From: Patescibacteria group bacterium
GTDB taxonomy: Bacteria > Patescibacteriota > Patescibacteriia > UBA9934
Reading direction: 5' to 3'
Assembly (NCBI GenBank): GCA_041666145.1
Contig: JBAYHK010000002.1
Span: 64,260-128,259, forward strand
Length of the DNA stretch: 64,000 nucleotides
The stretch's first letter is position 1. Each line of letters opens with the position of its first letter. The notes beneath the pieces were generated by a model that saw only the letters and a program-made list of their open reading frames with translations, was not told the origin of the DNA and ran no database searches. The translations under genes and the position numbers were made by a program. This document shows, piece by piece, positions 56,918 to 64,000 of the stretch.

Positions 56918-56955
56918 AAAACATAAAAGCGCCCGACCATCCGAGCGCTTTTATG

Positions 56956-57327
56956 TTACGCGAGCTTGAGTTCACGTTTGATTAACTGAATGTCGCGCTC
57001 ATGTTCTTGGATCTGAGGAATGAGGCCCTCATCGATAAGCTCGAGGATAGAAGAGAAGCCTTCGTCCATGCGTTTGGTTAATTTTTCTTCAAGAGTCTCC
57101 ATTCTTCGAATCAGTCCAGCTTCCGAAGCTTTAATGAGCGAATGCACTTCATCTCGAATTTCCCTCTTCAAAATGTGATTATTTATCTCAAGCTGTTCAT
57201 GAATCATTCGAGGAACGGTATTCTGAATGATCGCGAGAACAATCGCCGGAACTTCCTTCCGAAGTGACACGCCGAGCACATCCTCAAACATTCCACGAAG
57301 CGTTGTTATGTCCTGCTTGTTCAACAT
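56956..57327 (-). CDS. Small coiled-coil protein, paralog 2
   Basis: ATG at 57327 (MLNKQDITTL…); TTG at 57333 in the track. Its upstream 38 bp are identical to those upstream of paralog 1. Confidence 0.6.
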   Translation of the reverse strand: MLNKQDITTLRGMFEDVLGVSLRKEVPAIVLAIIQNTVPRMIHEQLEINNHILKREIRDEVHSLIKASEAGLIRRMETLEEKLTKRMDEGFSSILELIDEGLIPQIQEHERDIQLIKRELKLA

Positions 57328-57584
57328 ACACAAAACAATTAAGAATCTTCATGGGGAGTAAGTCGATTCTATCACGGCTCTTTTTCCGCATCACTTTCAC
57401 TCATTTTCCTCAACATTCTCAATGTTTTTACGCAAGCTTTTATCCACAATCCCTGCCCTCCATAGCCCATTTTAGCGAAGGAGGGTTTACTTTTCTTGCT
57501 TTTTTTGCTATATTGTAAGTGCAAAACGTCCCTATTTTCTGGGATGTGAGCTCGAACTTCACCGCCAAAAGCAAGGAGCGCACC

Positions 57585-58343
57585 ATGCGCAAATACTGGT
57601 TCATGACCCTTCTGGGTCTGGCCGCCTGTGAAAACGGCGGCGAAGAATGCGACAACTGCACTGCTGCCTGTGAAGACTGCGGGGATGACACGGGCGAAGT
57701 AACGCTCGGAAGTGCCATCGTCAACATCGCGGCAGATCGGCTTGGTACCTCCGAGGTTTGTACCGTAAACCTCACTGGAACCATGAAGACCTACATCGAG
57801 GATGCCGGCGAAGACATCTCCGTCGTTGCGCCCGACGTGTACCAGGCGACTGTAGGCGACATCGCCTTCACGACCCAGTTCGGCTTCCCTGTCCACGTGG
57901 ATGGGAACGACGAATACTGGGCAGCGTCGACCAGAGAAGTCGAAGTGAAAAAGGACGACGTCTTCACCGACTCGTTCATCCTCTTCAACCTCTTCGAGCC
58001 TGGAAACTACTCGTGCTCCTACGATGACTACGCATACGACGGAACATCCGCAAGCCTGAAAGGTGAGTACCGCGAACACCGCGAGTTCGAACCTGTGCAG
58101 GTCTGGGTGGACCAAGTCGGCGTCGTTCACACCGAGGACGAGGAGGACGAGAGCGAAAACTGGGACAGAGTAGGCGGAGCCGATGACTACCTCAGAATCA
58201 TCGGAGATCAGCTCGAGCTCGTACTCGTCGAAGAGGGCTTCAATACCCACCTCATCACGTCCCAGATTGATAACACCAGGTTTTCCATGACTGTCGTTGA
58301 CGAAATACTCAACTACGTCACGGACCTAACTTGCACGAGATAA
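57585..58343 (+). CDS. Acidic lipoprotein, GC-rich (~58%), function unknown
   Basis: AAGGAG 7 nt before the ATG at 57585; lipobox LLGLAAC. Cys-rich segment after the signal peptide. The antisense ORF 57372..58250 is treated as a GC-shadow. Confidence 0.65.
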   Translation: MRKYWFMTLLGLAACENGGEECDNCTAACEDCGDDTGEVTLGSAIVNIAADRLGTSEVCTVNLTGTMKTYIEDAGEDISVVAPDVYQATVGDIAFTTQFGFPVHVDGNDEYWAASTREVEVKKDDVFTDSFILFNLFEPGNYSCSYDDYAYDGTSASLKGEYREHREFEPVQVWVDQVGVVHTEDEEDESENWDRVGGADDYLRIIGDQLELVLVEEGFNTHLITSQIDNTRFSMTVVDEILNYVTDLTCTR

Positions 58344-58407
58344 GTGCGAAAGGAGAACGCACAAAAACGCATCGGAGCCATCCCACGGGACGGCTCCGAT
58401 GTTGCAT

Positions 58408-61400
58408 TTATGGCGTAACAATTATCGTGCCGTCATAGTAAACCCACGGATCAACTCCTAGAGCAGAATTACCATCTGGATAATACGAATAGGCACACTC
58501 ACTTCTAGGTTCGCCTATATCACTCAATCCATAATCCGTTCCCGCAAAACATCCTCCAGAACTGTCTTCATCAATAGCATTTCCAGTAGTACACGTCCCC
58601 GTGCACCATCCCCAGTTATCTCTCACATGAACACTCGGACGAAAGACGCACTGATTGCCATCTAGAGTACATGGGGCATTATCTATAATTCCATCCTCTC
58701 CACCGTCGTCACAGGTTCCGCCGGTCATGCGGGATGGGTTGCAGGTGTAGATGTGATTGAAACTAAAGTAATTTGGATCACAGCTTTCGCTGCTCATGCC
58801 CCATTCATAATCTGAGTCAGAGGTCGGTTTTTCACAAATTGAAGTTTCTTGTCCGGATTCTAGTCCTCTGTGGTTCTTGTAGAAGTTATTCTCTGAAGAC
58901 GATCCGGAAACATCTGATCCGTCTCCCCAATCAACCATAACGCGGCGGATTGGAAGCTGTTCTTTGTAAGCGGCAGCAAAGAACTTGAGATACGCTCTGT
59001 AGAACATACTCGATTCAATGTCTCCCTCATTTTGATCATTCACCGTAAGAGAATGCGCAGCATCTTCTTCACAATAATCGTTATAGCAACGATCCGTATT
59101 CACGGCCCACACACTTGGAGGGACGCCATATATTGCACGAGAGTCCCATGTAGCTGAACTGACCGTTGTCGGGTCCATGTTTACAGTTCCATCTCCTGGC
59201 GATGCCGACGGCAAGCCATCTTCACCGAAGATTCCATCTGCGAATGTAATGACTTTAAGACTTCGAGCAAAGATGTGATCAAGAATCGTCGAAGGACCAC
59301 CTCCACTACCAACATTCACGAAAGAGGATGAGCGGCTATCTGAGTCATAATCCGTGGCGCTCGTATTCGCATAATTGTAGTATCCGTCAAAAGATATGTA
59401 AGTCGCTGCTTCTGAAGCATTTAAGCCGGCACCCACCTCACTACCTTCAATAGAAGCACAGACCATTCCATCATTCGTAGCATTCGGAGTTCCTGATGCA
59501 TTGTAAAAAGTCCAAGTTACAGAATCATCATCAGAAGAATGCAATCGACATTGGTTAATGTATGACGGAGCTGCGTCACCGTCCCCTAATATTTCACCCA
59601 CCATTTGCGTTGCACCAAATGGCTCATTACTTGTTTCTTTAACATACCCAAACGACGGATAGCTCGACTGGATAAGGCCAAGAGACATCAGCGAGTCTGT
59701 ATTATTCGGATTATAGATTCTATCTGTCCATGCCGTTGCGCCACTCTCACCATCTCCATCAGAAACTTGGGTCATTTCTTTACATCCAAGATACGGCGAG
59801 TAGTGATCTAATCCATTGTAGTCATACCAGCCGCAAGTTCCGCTCGCTGCTCCACAACTACTTTCATCCTGTTCCTTCATCATCCATCCCCAAGATGTAC
59901 TCCAGAATTCAACTCCAGCATATGTATTTGAAAGATATTCGTTGTATTCAACACCATCCGTTGTACAGTTTCTGAGTGCATCAAATGCAGCTTCATATTC
60001 TGTCGCGGTACTAATCCAATATCCATAAAGTGGGTACCCTGATGGAAAGTTACGATCAAGTGTTTCATCATAAAATCTCTCGAGGACCGTCGTTGTGCAA
60101 TCGTCTCCAATTGCATCCTTACTATTAAGCGGAATGCACATGAACGGACAATCATTATCTCCGTCATCACTGCATGCATCATTCAATGACGTTGTCTCGC
60201 CTCCAGAATCTGCGCCCTTATCTGGACCAGCCACCATAACGAAACCAACTGGACACGCAGTATTTTCATTCATGCATTCATATTTGTTCACAGTCTCCGT
60301 GCCGTCCGTTTCCAAACAACCCCAGCTTGTAGTCACGGATGCATACTCGCCTAGCCACGAACAATAATTCGTCTCTTCGAAATATCCTGCTTCAGTATAT
60401 TTCGCATACAAATCAGTTGAACCAGAAAGCTGATCAATAGGAAGCCAGGAGAGACAAGCGTTCAAGTCACGATCACCAAGAATATTTGTCGAGCTATCAC
60501 GCTCCAAACAATATCCTTCCAATCCAAGAACATCATCAATTTGCGTTGGCTTTTCGCAAGTTCCGCTGTCCCCACATGAAGATGTATCTGCACAGAACGA
60601 TCCGTCTAAAGATCCTCCGCTACAAATTCCTTGCGTGTTGCTGATATTTACAGAAGTATCTTCCGAGAAATATCGAATTGTTCCACCGTCACCATACGTA
60701 ATTTTCTTATACGTGCATGAGCAGTCTTCACCAAGCGCACACGACTGAACATTTTCAAAATTCTGAACAAAAGAAACTGGAAGCGCATCAGCAACGGTAT
60801 CTGCATTCCACGAATTAGCGTCATCAATCGTTAGCGGCGAACTATCCGATGGGTCTTGCCATGCAGTAACGATTTCATTTCCAAATGGACTGTTAATCTC
60901 TGGATAGGCACGGCATACAGAAGCCTCAGAGTCATTTATTTCGAATACGCTTCCATTCGGAGTAAGAACGCACTGGTCATACATACAAGTTCCAGCTTTG
61001 AAATTCACTGATGGATACAATATCTGACCACTTCCACATACCGCATTTGGTGACGATGGATTGTAACTATCAATAGCCGCGTCACCTCCATCTGTCGCGC
61101 AAACAGTTCCCAGACACGTCTGTCCAGAAGAACAATCCGCACTAGATGCACAAACCGTAGTAGAACGAGCGTAACAGGTTCCAATCAAACAACTTCCACC
61201 GTCAACACCACAGGCGCTAGTACTAATACACGGCGACCCGGTATTTTCGCAGTAGCCAACAGAACAAGACTCTCCATAATCAACTTCACACGAACCGGCA
61301 ACATATCCCAATCTATATTCACTTTTTGGCGCCTTGCAATATGTACTCCCACCTTCGGAACCGCCACAATCTGCATCATCAGTACATTGGTCGCCATCAA

Positions 61401-64000
61401 ATGTCGTCAAGTACGAGCTTCCAGAACCCTCAGTATCACAAGTAGTAGACGGATTAGCTATGTTTATCTGAGTCAGCTGATCAACGGGCAACAATCCAGG
61501 AATTGCATAACCAGAATAGTCGTCGCCATACCAGGAAACGTCACGACTTGAATATGTACTTTGATCAAGAACGACTGCAGCGCCGTTATCTTTCCATTCG
61601 GAACAGAATGAAGCGTCGCTTGTTCCCGAATATTGCGTGCAAAGATCAACTCCACCACAAACTGTTATATAACTATTTGTTCGTGGATCCCAAGTGGTCT
61701 GAGCGTCAGAACAACTAAGCCACTCGCTGCATTCTCGATCACGGTTCACTTTCAAAACAGAATTTGAATCATTTTCTAAACGCGGCGCCGATCCATAGTC
61801 TCCATATGACGACGCACAGAATCCATTCACTTCAGCACCAGTCTCACTAGCTAACGGACGACAATCGCTGTTTTCATAACACGATCCATCGTAAACGTAT
61901 GAATCTGTTGATCCATTAATGTCGTAATATTCTGCCGCACTGTACCAACAACGATTCGCGCACAAATCCACGGTTGTGCCACTTGGCGTTGTAATTGTAG
62001 AAGTACCATCACAATCTATTGGATCAACAAAGTCATTTTGCCGTGCACCGAACAATGCATCTGCATGAACACTTGCAATATAGGTTGCCGAAGCATTACT
62101 TGTTTTTGCTGGAATCGAAGTGTTGTTAAAAATTCCACAGCCGTCTGTCTGACTAACTTCCCCATTACACTTTTGACTGTCTGGGAGACTATTTTCTTCA
62201 AGCGAATCATTATTCAAATAGTAGTAACTCGTTCCATCGGCGAGGCTATAAAGCTCATCTGTTGTGAGATCTGAAACATCCTGGAACTCACTGCACGTAT
62301 CGTAAGAAGCAAAACATGTACCAACCCAGTTCGCGTAACTATCGTCGCCATTGCGCCAAATGCCCGCTGTATCACCACCAATAATATAGTCGGGGTCACA
62401 CGGATCTTCCGTTCCTGTCTTAAACCATCCCTGATACGTCACATAATCGATGGTGACATCAGTTCGATATTCACACGTCTGATCTTGTGGATCCTTAAAG
62501 TACGACGTCGATCCATTGTTATCTACCCAAGCTTCACAGAAAAGTTCATCCTGCGAGCACAATGAATCTGCGTAATTATCCGGAGTGTTCATTAAATACG
62601 TTGTTGTCCAACTTGCTACTGCGGTGTGATCTTGACTAAATACTGGCAACCCAACTTCCATGCATCCCGCAACATCAGAAGAACACTCAACACTGTCATC
62701 AACAACCAAGAAAACGTCCTTATCCGCTGGAGAAATAACTGTTGAAGCCTGATACGACAAGTGCGAAGGAAGATCCCCAACTGGAACATACCAATCAAGA
62801 TTAAACTCACATTCTTCATCTCCGACACCAATCGTACACAAATATTCGCTTGTGGTATCAAAGCCATCACGATCCGCATTTTGTCCAAAATAACATGGTG
62901 TTGGCTCTGTTACTGCCCCAACAACTGAATATCTTCCAATGTCTCTTGAACAATATGCCCCATAAACTGAAGCATGAATTGCATCAGATTCCTGAGTCAT
63001 GAAATACGCAGAGCAACCAATTTTTGATTCATCACACAATGAACTAAAACTCTTTACGTAAGCTGTCTCACTATTTTGATCTGTATATTCCTGACACCCA
63101 AGCATGTACTGCGGAGACGACGTTCCGCCTTCCGTCGAATCACATTCGGCTGGAGTCACCCATGAATTCTTAATGACCGTAATATTGTCTTCACCTTCGC
63201 GAAGAATGACGTTGTCGATATAGAAAGTAGATCCGCTCACTGGAACAAAGGCCAAAACCGATGCACCGTCTCCGAAATCTGGATAATCATTCGGATCCAT
63301 GTAAATTGGACCGTAAGAATACTGTTGCCAGTTTGTATCAAGCGTAATTACGCCCGAGTCTGGAATAAACGAACTATCGATCGTTGCAGTTCCAGAAGTA
63401 CGCGACGTGTCGAATCCAACAGAGACACTTCCGGATCCCTTTGCCCAGAAACTCAGCACATACGTCTTTCCAGCGAAAAGTTCCTGACTTAACGTTCCAC
63501 AATATGACTCGCCATTCAATAGCGCACACGTTCCACCAAGCACACCGTCTGCTGTTGTAGTACATCCATCTTCAGAAGCACAAACTGTTCCGTCTCCTCC
63601 GATATACGTCCACACAGATTCACCATCAGAGAGAAGCGAATGTCCGTCCGTAGCAATAGACTCATTTGAAAGAGTTACCGTTGTCGCGCTATCTGCATCC
63701 CAATTACTTAAACTTCCTTCCTCGAAATATTCTTCAAATGCTTGACGGCTGTTATTGCTTCGACCGCCAGTATATTCACGGCATCCTGCCTCAGCTTCAG
63801 AACACAAATCACTCTCATCTGCGTACCCGTAATATCTACATTCTGCAGTTATGCTATTAAAGTATCCACCAGATTCCTCACAATTCGCTTCCTGAGTTGC
63901 AACATCCGCACCCACAATGTCGGTCTTTCGATATGTCACACATGCGTCATTCACTGTCACTGTCTTTGTCCATTCTCGATAATGAATATTCCCCTCGGTA
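58408..64000 (-). CDS. Giant secreted Cys-rich surface protein (>1860 aa in window; 5' end beyond window), Ser/Thr/Asp/Gly-rich with a CBM/LamG-like jelly-roll segment
   Basis: The ORF is uninterrupted from 58408 to the window end; the track M at 63960 is a GTG and the frame stays open upstream of it. There are >100 Cys. Segment …GKTYVLSFWAKGSGSVSVGF…YIDNVIL resembles carbohydrate-binding beta-sandwich modules. Confidence 0.8.
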   Translation of the reverse strand, partial: TEGNIHYREWTKTVTVNDACVTYRKTDIVGADVATQEANCEESGGYFNSITAECRYYGYADESDLCSEAEAGCREYTGGRSNNSRQAFEEYFEEGSLSNWDADSATTVTLSNESIATDGHSLLSDGESVWTYIGGDGTVCASEDGCTTTADGVLGGTCALLNGESYCGTLSQELFAGKTYVLSFWAKGSGSVSVGFDTSRTSGTATIDSSFIPDSGVITLDTNWQQYSYGPIYMDPNDYPDFGDGASVLAFVPVSGSTFYIDNVILREGEDNITVIKNSWVTPAECDSTEGGTSSPQYMLGCQEYTDQNSETAYVKSFSSLCDESKIGCSAYFMTQESDAIHASVYGAYCSRDIGRYSVVGAVTEPTPCYFGQNADRDGFDTTSEYLCTIGVGDEECEFNLDWYVPVGDLPSHLSYQASTVISPADKDVFLVVDDSVECSSDVAGCMEVGLPVFSQDHTAVASWTTTYLMNTPDNYADSLCSQDELFCEAWVDNNGSTSYFKDPQDQTCEYRTDVTIDYVTYQGWFKTGTEDPCDPDYIIGGDTAGIWRNGDDSYANWVGTCFASYDTCSEFQDVSDLTTDELYSLADGTSYYYLNNDSLEENSLPDSQKCNGEVSQTDGCGIFNNTSIPAKTSNASATYIASVHADALFGARQNDFVDPIDCDGTSTITTPSGTTVDLCANRCWYSAAEYYDINGSTDSYVYDGSCYENSDCRPLASETGAEVNGFCASSYGDYGSAPRLENDSNSVLKVNRDRECSEWLSCSDAQTTWDPRTNSYITVCGGVDLCTQYSGTSDASFCSEWKDNGAAVVLDQSTYSSRDVSWYGDDYSGYAIPGLLPVDQLTQINIANPSTTCDTEGSGSSYLTTFDGDQCTDDADCGGSEGGSTYCKAPKSEYRLGYVAGSCEVDYGESCSVGYCENTGSPCISTSACGVDGGSCLIGTCYARSTTVCASSADCSSGQTCLGTVCATDGGDAAIDSYNPSSPNAVCGSGQILYPSVNFKAGTCMYDQCVLTPNGSVFEINDSEASVCRAYPEINSPFGNEIVTAWQDPSDSSPLTIDDANSWNADTVADALPVSFVQNFENVQSCALGEDCSCTYKKITYGDGGTIRYFSEDTSVNISNTQGICSGGSLDGSFCADTSSCGDSGTCEKPTQIDDVLGLEGYCLERDSSTNILGDRDLNACLSWLPIDQLSGSTDLYAKYTEAGYFEETNYCSWLGEYASVTTSWGCLETDGTETVNKYECMNENTACPVGFVMVAGPDKGADSGGETTSLNDACSDDGDNDCPFMCIPLNSKDAIGDDCTTTVLERFYDETLDRNFPSGYPLYGYWISTATEYEAAFDALRNCTTDGVEYNEYLSNTYAGVEFWSTSWGWMMKEQDESSCGAASGTCGWYDYNGLDHYSPYLGCKEMTQVSDGDGESGATAWTDRIYNPNNTDSLMSLGLIQSSYPSFGYVKETSNEPFGATQMVGEILGDGDAAPSYINQCRLHSSDDDSVTWTFYNASGTPNATNDGMVCASIEGSEVGAGLNASEAATYISFDGYYNYANTSATDYDSDSRSSSFVNVGSGGGPSTILDHIFARSLKVITFADGIFGEDGLPSASPGDGTVNMDPTTVSSATWDSRAIYGVPPSVWAVNTDRCYNDYCEEDAAHSLTVNDQNEGDIESSMFYRAYLKFFAAAYKEQLPIRRVMVDWGDGSDVSGSSSENNFYKNHRGLESGQETSICEKPTSDSDYEWGMSSESCDPNYFSFNHIYTCNPSRMTGGTCDDGGEDGIIDNAPCTLDGNQCVFRPSVHVRDNWGWCTGTCTTGNAIDEDSSGGCFAGTDYGLSDIGEPRSECAYSYYPDGNSALGVDPWVYYDGTIIVTP

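Noticed and set aside
57372-58250. 292-aa minus-strand ORF antisense to the lipoprotein gene
   Set aside because: Shadow ORF in a 58% GC gene. The plus-strand gene has AAGGAG plus a lipobox signal peptide.
1-64000. CRISPR arrays, rRNA genes, transposase/integrase genes
   Set aside because: No regularly spaced short repeats with unique spacers, no rRNA-like conserved blocks, and no DDE or tyrosine-recombinase ORFs were seen. The only tandem repeats found are the in-frame 12-nt repeats at 20921-20998.

Overview
This 64-kb window is densely coded (about 46% GC) and reads as a small-genome bacterium; the gene content is consistent with a CPR/Patescibacteria-like lineage, which is inference only. 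Housekeeping genes supportable from the ORF translations: pheST, rseP-like site-2 protease, murD, lemA-htpX-clpC, radA, recG, topA, a truncated rel, parAB, glyQS, dprA, comF. tRNA-Arg(GCG), tRNA-Ser(GCU) and initiator tRNA-fMet(CAU) were found by hand-folding. The accessory content is unusually rich. (1) A zur-znuACB zinc-uptake operon sits behind a perfect 27-bp palindrome and ends in an uncharacterized His/Cys-rich gene. (2) A DNA-uptake, type-IV-secretion-like cluster (comF, a VirB4 split into two ORFs, a VirB3-like gene, a giant VirB6-like gene, dprA) ends in a repeat-laden 0.9-kb dprA-topA spacer. (3) A murD / PP-loop ATPase / HAD operon may modify peptidoglycan precursors. (4) A 1.2-kb GC-rich ORF-free segment is a candidate large structured RNA. 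(5) A tRNA-bounded AT-rich islet carries alaX and a SET-domain gene and is flanked by a ~95-bp repeat family. (6) Several GC-rich secreted, lipoprotein and M23-peptidase genes sit next to a giant Cys-rich secreted protein of more than 1,860 aa that runs off the window. (7) Two tandem paralogous coiled-coil genes with conserved promoter/uORF blocks flank an HD-domain gene. Coordinates come from the ORF track; starts were refined where an ATG plus SD was visible. All functional calls rest on motif recognition, not database searches.
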